Source: Candidatus Azotimanducaceae bacterium
Lineage (GTDB): Bacteria; Pseudomonadota; Gammaproteobacteria; Pseudomonadales; Azotimanducaceae
Direction of reading: 5' to 3'
Length of the DNA: 64,000 bases
Assembly (NCBI GenBank): GCA_965200375.1
Contig: OZ241353.1
Coordinates: 1,153,797-1,217,796, forward strand
Part shown: positions 10,994 to 19,507 of the stretch, one piece after another
Layout of the letters: the number at the start of each line of letters is the position of its first letter
Position numbering within the stretch: the first letter of the stretch is position 1
Notes under the pieces: generated by a model
What the model saw: the letters and a program-made list of their open reading frames with translations, nothing else
Told to the model about the DNA's origin: nothing
The model's database searches: none
Position numbers and translations under genes: made by a program

Positions 10994-12385
10994 ATGAACG
11001 ACGACCCCTACACCATCCAGCCTGGGCGCACCCGCCTCGCGCCCACGACGCTGCTCGGCCGGCTGAAGAACCTCGGCCCCGGCATCGTGGTATCGGGCTC
11101 CATCGTCGGCTCTGGCGAGATCCTGCTCACCGCTGGACTCGGCGCCGCGGCTGGCTTCGCCCTGCTCTGGTGGGTGCTGATGTCCTGCTGGATCAAGTCC
11201 CTGATCCAGGCGGAGCTCGCCCGCTACGTCATCACCACCGGCGACACCTACCTGCGGGCGCTGAACCGGATGCCCGGCCGCATCAAGGTGCCGGGGCGGG
11301 CGGAAGCCATCTCCTGGCCCATCTGGCTGGGCCTCGTCGGGTTCCTGCCCGGTCTCCTGACCTCCGGCGGCATCATCGGCAGCGCCGGCCAGGCGCTGTC
11401 CATGCTGCTCGCCGCCGGCGGCGCCGAGGTGGGCGGCGTCCTGGCGACTGCACTGGCCGCGGCCATCGTCATGCTGCTGCTGTGGACCGGGCGCTACCTG
11501 CGCCTTGAACGGGTGCTGCTGGCGATGGTGATGTCCTTCAGCTTTCTCACCATCGCATGCGCGCTGCTCATGCAGGGCACGGAGTACCGCGCCACGCTGG
11601 ACGACCTGGCCGCCGGCTTGCAGTTCGATCTGCCGGTGGCGCACCTGGCCCTCGCCATCGGCATGTACGGCGCCACGGGCGTGGCGTCGAGCGAAATCGC
11701 CGCCTACACCTACTGGTGCGTGGAGAAGGGCTATCCGAGCTTCGTCGGCGGAGACCGCAGCGAGCCCGGGTGGGTCGCTCGCGCCAAGGGCTGGACCCGC
11801 GTGGTGCAGCTGGACGTGTGGGCGACCTTGGTGATCCTCACTTGCGCCACCTTGGCGTTCTACTTCCTCGGCGCCGGCGTGCTGCACCGGCTCGGCTTGC
11901 AGCCCGAAGGACAGGAGACGATCGCGGTGCTCGCCAACACCTACACCGAGACGCTGGGGCCGTGGTCCGCGCTGGTGTTCGCCCTCGGCGCCTTCTTCAT
12001 CCTCTTCTCCACCAGCCTCTCCGGCATCGGTGCCGGTTCCCGGGCCTTTCCGGACCTGATGGTGACCTTCGGGTTCATTCCGCGGGGCAACCTCGCGTTG
12101 CGGCAGCGGTGGATCAAGGGCTACATCGTCGCCATGCCCCTGGTCAGCGCCCTCGTCTACTCCCTCTACGAAAGTCCTGTGACGCTGGTGCTGTTCGGCG
12201 CGACCTTCGGTGCCTTCATGCTGCCGGTGCAGGCGTTCGCCACGCTCACGATGCAGCGCCGGCACATGGATCCCAGGGTGCGGCCCCGGCAGTGGGTCAC
12301 CTGGTGCATGACGGGCGTCTTCCTGGCGATGACGGGGCTGTGCGCCTTGTATCTCTACCTGCGGATTCTGCCGGAGCTGGGCTGA
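10994..12385 (+). CDS. Nramp-family divalent metal transporter
   Basis: 463 aa, polytopic. GPGIVVSGSIVGSGEILLTAGLGAAAGFALLWWVL matches the Nramp N-terminal conserved region. Confidence 0.8.
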   Translation: MNDDPYTIQPGRTRLAPTTLLGRLKNLGPGIVVSGSIVGSGEILLTAGLGAAAGFALLWWVLMSCWIKSLIQAELARYVITTGDTYLRALNRMPGRIKVPGRAEAISWPIWLGLVGFLPGLLTSGGIIGSAGQALSMLLAAGGAEVGGVLATALAAAIVMLLLWTGRYLRLERVLLAMVMSFSFLTIACALLMQGTEYRATLDDLAAGLQFDLPVAHLALAIGMYGATGVASSEIAAYTYWCVEKGYPSFVGGDRSEPGWVARAKGWTRVVQLDVWATLVILTCATLAFYFLGAGVLHRLGLQPEGQETIAVLANTYTETLGPWSALVFALGAFFILFSTSLSGIGAGSRAFPDLMVTFGFIPRGNLALRQRWIKGYIVAMPLVSALVYSLYESPVTLVLFGATFGAFMLPVQAFATLTMQRRHMDPRVRPRQWVTWCMTGVFLAMTGLCALYLYLRILPELG

Positions 12386-12406
12386 CCAGCACCGCCGGGG
12401 CGGTTT

Positions 12407-12443
12407 GCCATTTGCCACGTCAATTCGCAAACGGACCACTAGC
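12407..12443 (+). promoter_or_regulatory. Conserved 37-nt 5' motif, copy 1 (upstream of lptG)
   Basis: GCCATTTGCCACGTCAATTCGCAAACGGACCACTAGC ends 17 nt before the lptG ATG. It is about 31/37 identical to 40310-40346. Confidence 0.4.
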
Positions 12444-12459
12444 GGTACTCGGCGGCCCC

Positions 12460-13620
12460 ATGTTCATCGGCACCATGGACCGCTACCTGGCCAGCGCCGT
12501 GCTGAAGGCCACTGGTGCCGTGCTCGCCTGCTTGACAACGCTGGTGACCTTGTTCACCGCCGCCGACGAACTGCGGGACGGCACGCCTGGCTACAACGCC
12601 GGCTTGGCAATGGTGTACGTTCTCTACAGTACGCCGCGGCGCTTGTGCGAGGTGGCACCCTATGGGGTGTTCGTGGGCGCCTTGGTGGGCCTCGGCGCTC
12701 TGGCCGAGCGCCAGGAGATCACCATCCTGCGCGCCGCTGGCGTCTCGGTGCGGCGCTTGTTCGCCAGCGTCGCCGTGCCGTCGCTTGCGCTGCTTCTTGC
12801 CAGCCAGGCCCTCGGCGAGTTCGTGGCGCCCCGGGGCGAAGCTCTGGCCGCCACCATCAAGCTGAAGCTGCTGCGCGGCGTTGGCGGCGGCGCCATCGCC
12901 TCCCAGTACTGGCACCGCGAAGGGAATCTCTACACGAACGTGGACGGCTTCGGGCCGAACGGCGTGCTGCTGGGGGTCCGCCAGTTCCAGCTGGACGAGG
13001 GCCGGCTGCGCCTCAGCCGACAGGCCGCGCGGGCGACCTACCAAGGCGTCGGCAGCGACGGCGGGCGCGACTGGCTGCTGCACGACGTAGCGGAAACTAC
13101 GTTTCCGGCGGCAGCGCGGTTTCCGGTGGAACCGCCAGCCGCTGGGCGTCCGTTCGCCCCCGCCGTGCCCGCCAGCAAGGAGGGCCCCCGCGGCACGGCG
13201 ATCCGTCGCTACGAGACGCTGACATGGCGCACGGCAGCCGATCCGCGGCTGCTCAGCGCCAAAGCGCTGTTCGACCCGGCCAAGCTCTCCTTCGCGGACC
13301 TGCGCTTCCAGATCGACTACCTGGCCGGCGAAGGGCTGGACGCCACCCGCTACCGAGTGTCCTTCTGGCGCAAGGCGCTGGAACCGGCCGCGGTGCTGGG
13401 TCTCGTCCTGCTGGCCTTGGGCTGCATCCTTGGGCCGCTGCGCGAGACGGGCATAGGGGCCCGGCTGGCCGTTGGCGTGGCGACCGGGCTGGCCTACAAG
13501 TACCTGCTGGACCTCCTGGCGCCGATGAGCAGCGTGTTCGGCCTGCCGCCGCTCCTGGGAATGGCGATACCCGTAGCCGCCTGCTGGGCAGCGGGTTGGA
13601 CGCTTGCGCGTCGGTTGTAG
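12460..13620 (+). CDS. lptG: LPS export ABC transporter permease LptG
   Basis: MFIGTMDRYLASAVLKATGAV... then VFVGALVGLGALAERQEITILRAAGVS aligns with the E. coli LptG pattern (LDRYI..., LGxLxxxSELVVMxAxG). It is the C-terminal part of track ORF 11557..13620. An alternative ATG lies at 12475. Confidence 0.85.
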   Translation: MFIGTMDRYLASAVLKATGAVLACLTTLVTLFTAADELRDGTPGYNAGLAMVYVLYSTPRRLCEVAPYGVFVGALVGLGALAERQEITILRAAGVSVRRLFASVAVPSLALLLASQALGEFVAPRGEALAATIKLKLLRGVGGGAIASQYWHREGNLYTNVDGFGPNGVLLGVRQFQLDEGRLRLSRQAARATYQGVGSDGGRDWLLHDVAETTFPAAARFPVEPPAAGRPFAPAVPASKEGPRGTAIRRYETLTWRTAADPRLLSAKALFDPAKLSFADLRFQIDYLAGEGLDATRYRVSFWRKALEPAAVLGLVLLALGCILGPLRETGIGARLAVGVATGLAYKYLLDLLAPMSSVFGLPPLLGMAIPVAACWAAGWTLARRL

Positions 13621-14081
13621 GCGGGCGCGATGCCCGGCACGGGCCGGCGGCTGACCTCAGCTCCGCCGGGACGCGCAAGGTACGCCGCGGCCATCGTGCC
13701 GCTGCCGGGCGCTCCGTCCACTCCAGGCTCCAATAGCCCTTCTTTGGCTGCTCCGCGTCCGCGGGGCTCGGGGCGGCCGCGTCCACCAGCGCCGGCGCCG
13801 GGTCGGCGGCTACGGCAACCACGGGGCAAGGAGGCGGCGGCACGTCGGCGTTCGCGTCGAGCGGCACGTCCACTTCCGCCAGCACGCGGGAGACCCCCGC
13901 CAGCGGCGACAGCTCCTCCGCCACCGCCGGCGAGCGCAGCCGCGACGCCAGCTCGGAGAGCCGCATGGACACCGGCGCCGCAGCCGGACCGGCGGCGTCG
14001 GTTGCGCTGTTCGCCGCATGACTCGCGCAAGTCATCGATTCGCGCCCCAACATCTCCGCAACCCTTGATCTAGAAGCGCTT

Positions 14082-14459
14082 TTACGAAGATGCACGATTT
14101 GTCACAAGGCGTTTGCCATAGGTCGGGCTGCGTCTGGCGACACCGGGCGTTCGCACGGGCGGATTTTCCGGCAGTTTTCTCTCAAGCCAGAACTCGGCCT
14201 GCTCGCGCAGAATGTCCTTGCCGCTGCCGCCGAAAGGCTTGGCGATTCTCTCTGCGCGAACGGCCGCGGAGTTCCTGCCGACAAAGCGCTTGGCGATGTC
14301 CTTTGGATTGCGAACGTGCGGATTGCTTTCGATGTGTTCGCGTATCTTGCCATTGGAGTTGCGCCAGTCGCGTTGCTGCGCCAAAGTTCCACAAGCGGCA
14401 ACCGCGGCCCTAAGCTCGTCTCTGCGAATCCTGCCGCGCAGAACTTCGATTGACGCCAT
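14082..14459 (-). CDS. Hypothetical small protein
   Basis: Internal ATG of the 230-aa ORF gives MASIEVLRGRIRRDELRAAVAACGTLAQQRDW... in a low-GC region with protein-like composition. No recognisable motif and no strong SD. Confidence 0.3.
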   Translation of the reverse strand: MASIEVLRGRIRRDELRAAVAACGTLAQQRDWRNSNGKIREHIESNPHVRNPKDIAKRFVGRNSAAVRAERIAKPFGGSGKDILREQAEFWLERKLPENPPVRTPGVARRSPTYGKRLVTNRASS

Positions 14460-14804
14460 TTTTTCTCGCCAGTTTCTTTTCTTCGCCGCGGCCTGTCGGC
14501 GCGAAAAACTTGCCTGCCTTGAAAGCGCAGAAAGCCGGCCGCGCACCTTTTTTTCAACGTTCAGAGCTAGGCAGAAACTCGCCGCTAGATAGGAAAAGCC
14601 CGCCGCGGCGTCGAAGAAACTTCGTTGTCTCCGCGGCGAGCGTTCGGGTTTGGCTGCCAATCGTTGCGGGCAAGACTTGTGTCGGTTGGAAACCGCGCTG
14701 CCAGTGTGCCTTGAGAGCGCTCTAGGTGGCACTGGCGAAGCAAGCGCTTTCGACTCTAGGCGTCTTGCCTGCAACGCTGGTTTTCTTCGACGAAACGACG
14801 AAAC

Positions 14805-15008
14805 CTAGCAGTTAGGGCGGCCCGACGAAGGCTCGGCCGAGGTGGGCATCCGGTATTCCCCTGCTGTGGAACAAGAAGTAGGGTGCGGTGGAGTAAGTTC
14901 CCAAGTGTCGTTGCTCCACTTGGTGCCGCTCCCAGTGCCGCCGAGAGCGAGTTTCATTAGCCGCGGCGGATTCCAAACCGCCGCTGCTTTCGTCGTCGTT
15001 TCCGCCAT
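14805..15008 (-). CDS. Hypothetical 67-aa protein whose C-terminus overlaps a palindromic repeat
   Basis: The ORF sits directly downstream of the secreted-protein gene on the same strand. Its C-terminal GEYRMPTSAEPSSGRPNC is encoded by repeat copy 1. Confidence 0.25.
   Translation of the reverse strand: MAETTTKAAAVWNPPRLMKLALGGTGSGTKWSNDTWELTPPHPTSCSTAGEYRMPTSAEPSSGRPNC
14831..14847. repeat. GCTCGGCCGAGGTGGGC repeat, copy 1
   Basis: Exact 17-mer containing the perfect 10-bp palindrome CTCGGCCGAG, followed by a CCGG-containing tail. Confidence 0.7.
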
Positions 15009-15029
15009 CGTTGAACCTCCGGCAGTTTT

Positions 15030-15770
15030 CTACTTGAGTTTCGTTATCTTGATCGCGCCAGTGTAGGAAGCCAGCGGTTTTTCGTCGGTAGCGGCGAAGC
15101 CGGTTGGAAACCTATGCTGCATGCGAAAGCGCGTTGGCGCCGTGAACGTGTAGATGCCAAAGCCATCGTTGAGCCTTACAAAAGCACCGCCACTAGTGGT
15201 AGTCATGTACAGCCGAGGACAGACCGCGACGCGGCGCTTGCTGTGGTTGCCATTGCGCTGCCACTTAATGGAAACGCTGCCGTTGCACAACACGTTGTCG
15301 CCGTAGGGTTGCTGCAACTCGAACAGATAGGTGCCAGCCGGCAGCGTCCTGTCCGTGAACTGTCCGTTTGCTGCAACCGTGCCGGCGGGAAAGCCGGCGA
15401 TGGTGCTTTCGCCCACTAGGTAGTAGGCAGCGTTGCTGGCACCGGCAGTAGCTGTTGGCACTGTCATTACCACTGCCATCTGTTGCGCGAACTTCCCGAC
15501 GATGGTTGTGTGGTTGGCAGTGGCAGCGCTTGCGTGAGTGCGTACTTCGGTTGTGAGCGCGTCCACGGCCGTTGCCGTTGCGAGAGTGCCTACCGTGGCC
15601 TCTACCGCGCCAAGACGCCTAACAACATGGTCGATCTTGTTCGCCAATTGGCGCAGCGTCGGCTGGCTGACGCCGCCATCGTCCTTGTCGCTGTCGCCTT
15701 CCGCGGCCATCGCCGAAGGTGCGAGCGCTGCCAAAGCCACCGCTGCGATGGCGAGCATGATGTTTTTCAT
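15030..15770 (-). CDS. Secreted protein of unknown function
   Basis: Internal ATG at 15770 is preceded by GGAGA. Signal peptide MKNIMLAIAAVALAALAPSAMA. The body is Ala/Thr-rich, then beta-rich, ending TGAIKITKLK. Confidence 0.55.
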   Translation of the reverse strand: MKNIMLAIAAVALAALAPSAMAAEGDSDKDDGGVSQPTLRQLANKIDHVVRRLGAVEATVGTLATATAVDALTTEVRTHASAATANHTTIVGKFAQQMAVVMTVPTATAGASNAAYYLVGESTIAGFPAGTVAANGQFTDRTLPAGTYLFELQQPYGDNVLCNGSVSIKWQRNGNHSKRRVAVCPRLYMTTTSGGAFVRLNDGFGIYTFTAPTRFRMQHRFPTGFAATDEKPLASYTGAIKITKLK

Positions 15771-15984
15771 TCGTCTGTCTCCGTGCGTTCCCAAGTTCCA
15801 ATCCGGCCAGTGGCCGGGCCGTGCTTCACTCGAGAACGCACTATGTCCTTCCTGCCTATATGGGCCGTTGCTTGCGCGACCACGGACGGAGCGACCGCCA
15901 ACGGTCTCGCCAACCTTGTTCGATGCGCCCCGGCCCCAGCCGAAGGCTTGAATCCTCCGTCGCGAAACGCGGCTATCCAACCAC

Positions 15985-15998
15985 GGGGGGGGGGGGGG
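15985..15998. repeat. Homopolymeric G14 (C14 on the minus strand) tract
   Basis: Counted directly: ccac + 14 g + tcaaccc. It lies about 215 nt upstream of the minus-strand ATG at 15770. Confidence 0.9.
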
Positions 15999-16233
15999 TC
16001 AACCCTTGTGGCGAAGAAAATCGAACTTTCCGAACTTTCCTTCTGCAATCAATGGCTTGCAGGCGTCTTGCGCCCGGAGAGCGCCCTGGACGCTGCCGGC
16101 AGCCTGGACGCCTTCCGCCGGCGCCATTGGCAGCTGCGTCGTTGATCGCGCGGCGCTTTGCGCGGCCAAGACGCCCGGAACGCGCCCGGATCGCCTGTGG
16201 GCTTGGTTCGAGTTCCTGAACGCCCATTGGCCA

Positions 16234-16250
16234 GCTCGGCCGAGGTGGGC
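16234..16250. repeat. GCTCGGCCGAGGTGGGC repeat, copy 2
   Basis: Exact 17-mer identical to 14831-14847. Confidence 0.7.
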
Positions 16251-16271
16251 ACTCCGGGTTGCCGTCGATGG

Positions 16272-16288
16272 GCTCGGCCGAGGTGGGC
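16272..16288. repeat. GCTCGGCCGAGGTGGGC repeat, copy 3
   Basis: Exact 17-mer, 38 nt after copy 2. A degenerate fourth copy (gcgccgaaggtgggc) lies near 16323-16337. Confidence 0.7.
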
Positions 16289-16422
16289 TGCCGGTAGCTG
16301 CCGACCAGCGAATACGTTACTGGCGCCGAAGGTGGGCAGATGCCCTCGTAGTATCTCAGACTAGTGCCAAAGCCACATCGGAGTGATGGTCCGGATCGGC
16401 GCCCGTGTCGCCAGCCCATCCG

Positions 16423-17514
16423 TCATTGCAGTCGGGTTGGTCCGCTAGCCCGCGGCCGAGCGCTGCGCCGAACCAGCCAAATCGCAAGCAGCAGCGCCAG
16501 GGCGTGAACGCCGAGCACCCCGATATGCGGCGGCAGGATGCCGTCGGCAGCGGCGTCCTGGGCCAGCAGCAGCAGCAGATAGTAGCCGAGGAACAGGCCG
16601 ACTCCCGGCAGCAGGCGGGAGAATCGTCCGGCGCGGGGCCGCGGCCGGGCGGCGCCGACGGCAAGCACAGCGCTGACGAGCGCCATCAGCGGCGGCGCCA
16701 GCCGGCTCTGCAGCTCGGCGGCTTGGCGCGGGTCGCTCGGGGCAAGCTTCGGCGTCGGCGCGGAGCGCACGTCGTCGACGGGAGGCGCGGCGTCTCTCCG
16801 CAACCGCTGCCCCAGGCGTCGGAAACGTACCACGCGGTAGCCGTGGTCGCCGGGCACGCCCTCGTAGCGAACGCCGTCTTCGAGCACCAAAAAACGGCTG
16901 CCCGTGACTGGCGAACGGTGCTGGCTGCCCCGCTCCGCCCACATGGTCATGCTCTCTCGGCCTCGGCGCTCCGCCATGAAGACGCCGCGCAGCGTGTTCG
17001 ACTCTTCGTCCACGGCCTGCACGTAGCTCGCCCGGCCCCGGGAGTGGATCTGGAAGGCGCCCGGAACCACGGCGTCCACCTCGCTGTCCAGGCGCTGGGC
17101 CACGGACAACGCTCGATACGCCCGCCGGGCTTCGGGAGTCGCCACGAAAGAGAGCGCCGCCACCGCCAAGGCCAGCGGCAACGCGACCAAGAGCGCCCAG
17201 CCGAGCACCCGCCCCGGGCTCGCGCCTCCGCCCACCAGCGCCACGTATTCGCGTTCCGCGTGGAGGCGTCCGAAGGCGAGCAGCAGCGCCAGAAACAGCG
17301 CGAAGGGGGCCGTCACCTGCACGAACTCCGGCACCCGCAGCGCTACCAGAAGCCACAGGGTCTCGGCGGCGAAGCGGCCAGCGGCGGCCTGCTGCAGAAA
17401 GCCGAGGAAGCGCCCGCCCAGGCCCACCACCAGCAGCACGGCGAAGACGCCGAGGAACAGCAGTGCCAGCTCCCGGGCGAGATAGCGGAAGGCCACGGGC
17501 ATAAGGACGGCCAT
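16423..17514 (-). CDS. lptF: LPS export ABC transporter permease LptF
   Basis: FRYLARELALLF..., LRVPEFVQVTAPFALFLALLLAFGRLHAEREY parallels E. coli LptF (IRYLVRE..., LGVPEMAQLILPLSLFLGLLMTLGKLYTESE). It is divergent from pepA, as in many proteobacteria. Confidence 0.85.
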   Translation of the reverse strand: MAVLMPVAFRYLARELALLFLGVFAVLLVVGLGGRFLGFLQQAAAGRFAAETLWLLVALRVPEFVQVTAPFALFLALLLAFGRLHAEREYVALVGGGASPGRVLGWALLVALPLALAVAALSFVATPEARRAYRALSVAQRLDSEVDAVVPGAFQIHSRGRASYVQAVDEESNTLRGVFMAERRGRESMTMWAERGSQHRSPVTGSRFLVLEDGVRYEGVPGDHGYRVVRFRRLGQRLRRDAAPPVDDVRSAPTPKLAPSDPRQAAELQSRLAPPLMALVSAVLAVGAARPRPRAGRFSRLLPGVGLFLGYYLLLLLAQDAAADGILPPHIGVLGVHALALLLAIWLVRRSARPRASGPTRLQ

Positions 17515-17565
17515 GCGTGGTTACAATGCGCGGCTCTCGCGGGCTGGGCGATTATGGGGCAGAAC

Positions 17566-19008
17566 ATGAAGTATGCGACCAAGGCCGGCAGCGTCGCCAA
17601 CGTCGCCACGGCCTGTCTCGTCGTACACCGCCGGGCCGCCGAGGCTGTCGCCTCCGCGCTCGGCTGCACCGAGGCCATGCGGCTGGCCCTGGCCGGCACC
17701 GAAAACCGCGTCGGCGCCGTTGCCCGGGTGTTTCGCGCCGAGCGGCCGGGGCGCCTGCTGGTGGTCGGCAGCGGCAAGGCGCCCCCGGCCAAGGCCGACG
17801 CCGAGGCGGCGTTCCGCAAGGACTTGGGCGCCGCGGCGAGGGCCGTCGCCGGCCTCAACGTGGCGGATGCCACCTTGGCAATGGACGGCTTCGAGGCCGG
17901 CGAACGGGACCTCGATTGGCGCATCCGCACGGCGCTCGCCGCCGTCTCCGCCGCCACCTACCGTTTCGACGCCTACAAGTCCAAGCCGCGGCCGGCCAAA
18001 CTGCGCCGAGTCGGCGTGCTGGCGGCGGATCGCGCCACGGTGCGCCGCGCCGTGCGCCTGGCGCAGGCGCTGGACGACGGCCTGGCGTTCGCCAAGGACC
18101 TCGGTAACCAGCCCCCCAACGTCTGCACGCCGGGCTACGTCGCGGATGCCGCCGGGGAACTCGCCAGCCACGGCAAGGTGGCCGTGACGGTGGTGGAAGA
18201 GGCCGAAATGGCCGAACTCGGCATGGGCGCGTTCCTCTCCGTCAGCCAGGGCAGCCAACGCCCGGCCAAGATGGTGGTAGTCGAATACCGGGGCGCCGAG
18301 GGGGCGCCCACCGTGCTGATCGGCAAGGGCATCACCTTCGACACCGGCGGCATCAACCTGAAACCGAGCGCCGGCATGGGCGAGATGAAGTTCGACATGT
18401 GCGGCGCCGCCAGCGTGCTCGGCGCCGCCAAGGCGGCGATTTCCGCGGCCCTGCCGGTGCATCTGATCGCCATCGCCGCGGCGGCGGAGAACATGCCGAG
18501 CGGAGAAGCGTCGCGGCCGAGCGACATCGTCACCACCCTCTCCGGGCAGACCGTGGAGATCCTCAACACCGACGCCGAAGGGCGCCTGGTGCTTTGCGAC
18601 GCGCTCACCTACGCCGAGCGCTTCTCGCCGGCGGCGGTGGTGGACGTCGCCACCTTGACGGGCGCCCAGGTAGTGGCGCTCGGCAGCGCCGCGAGCGCCC
18701 TCTACGCCAACGACGATGGCCTGGCGGCGGCGCTTGCGGCCGCTGGCGAAGCGAGCCACGACAGGCTGTGGCGGATGCCGCTGTGGGACGAATACCAGGA
18801 GCAGCTCAAGAGCGCGTTCGCGGACATGAAGAACATCGGCGGTCGCGCCGCCGGTTCGATCACCGCGGCGTGCTTTCTGTCGCGGTTCGCCAAGGGCTAC
18901 CCCTGGGCGCACCTGGACATCGCCGGCGCCGCGTACCGCAAGGAGCGCTCCACCGGCCGCCCGGTGCCCGCCCTGTTCGAGTACCTGCGCGGCGTCGCGG
19001 AAGCCTGA
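17566..19008 (+). CDS. pepA: Leucyl aminopeptidase (M17)
   Basis: [15 protein letters not shown]17 signature and [18 protein letters not shown]. It is the C-terminal part of track ORF 16405..19008. An alternative ATG lies at 17554. TACAAT at 17522-17527 is a possible -10 box. Confidence 0.9.
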   Translation: MKYATKAGSVANVATACLVVHRRAAEAVASALGCTEAMRLALAGTENRVGAVARVFRAERPGRLLVVGSGKAPPAKADAEAAFRKDLGAAARAVAGLNVADATLAMDGFEAGERDLDWRIRTALAAVSAATYRFDAYKSKPRPAKLRRVGVLAADRATVRRAVRLAQALDDGLAFAKDLGNQPPNVCTPGYVADAAGELASHGKVAVTVVEEAEMAELGMGAFLSVSQGSQRPAKMVVVEYRGAEGAPTVLIGKGITFDTGGINLKPSAGMGEMKFDMCGAASVLGAAKAAISAALPVHLIAIAAAAENMPSGEASRPSDIVTTLSGQTVEILNTDAEGRLVLCDALTYAERFSPAAVVDVATLTGAQVVALGSAASALYANDDGLAAALAAAGEASHDRLWRMPLWDEYQEQLKSAFADMKNIGGRAAGSITAACFLSRFAKGYPWAHLDIAGAAYRKERSTGRPVPALFEYLRGVAEA

Positions 19009-19487
19009 TGCGGGTGGATTTCTACATCCTCGCGGACGTGGACGATGTCGCCCGGACGCGCTTCGCCTGTCGTCTGGCGCACCGCGCGGTAGCGGCGGGC
19101 CAGCGGGTCCACATCCGCGCCGAGGAGGTCGTGGCTGGCGAGCTGGACGATCTGCTGTGGGACTATCCGCCGGGCCGCTTTCTGCCCCACGCCCGGGTCG
19201 CCGCCGCCAGCCAGGAGCCGGTGCGAATCGGCGCCGTCGACGAAGCGCCGGCCGAGGCCAACGTGCTGGTGAATCTGGCCGCGGACATTCCGGACTATCT
19301 GCTGGGCCAAGGATCGGCGCGCCCCGCCAAGGCGACGGAACAGCGCGCCGCAACGCCGCCGCCGCGCTTCGAACGCGTGGCCGAGGTGGTGCTTGCCAGG
19401 GATCGGCGGGTCGGACGCGGCAAGTACCGCCGCTATCGCGAGCGGGGCTACGCGCTGTTCCACCACGAGCTCGACGACTGGGAGTAG
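19008..19487 (+). CDS. holC: DNA polymerase III chi subunit
   Basis: [13 protein letters not shown]...LLWDY chi-like N-terminus. ATG overlaps the pepA stop (TGATG). pepA-holC-valS order is conserved synteny. Confidence 0.75.
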   Translation: MRVDFYILADVDDVARTRFACRLAHRAVAAGQRVHIRAEEVVAGELDDLLWDYPPGRFLPHARVAAASQEPVRIGAVDEAPAEANVLVNLAADIPDYLLGQGSARPAKATEQRAATPPPRFERVAEVVLARDRRVGRGKYRRYRERGYALFHHELDDWE

Positions 19488-19507
19488 GCGAGCCTGCGCG
19501 AGCCGCC

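Noticed and set aside
7742-12439. 1565-aa minus-strand ORF
   Set aside because: It is a shadow frame with extreme Arg/Pro/Gly content. It overlaps the real minus-strand gene in another frame and is antisense to the rubredoxin and Nramp genes.
13253-14095. 280-aa minus-strand ORF as an intact gene
   Set aside because: Its last ~120 codons overlap lptG on the opposite strand and turn into Arg/Pro-rich sequence. At most the 5' part (about 13640-14035) is a truncated relic, discussed under the lptG/lptF finding.
16405-17553. N-terminal 380-aa extension of the pepA ORF
   Set aside because: It is antisense to lptF and low in complexity. The M17 peptidase homology begins at MKYATKAGS (17566).
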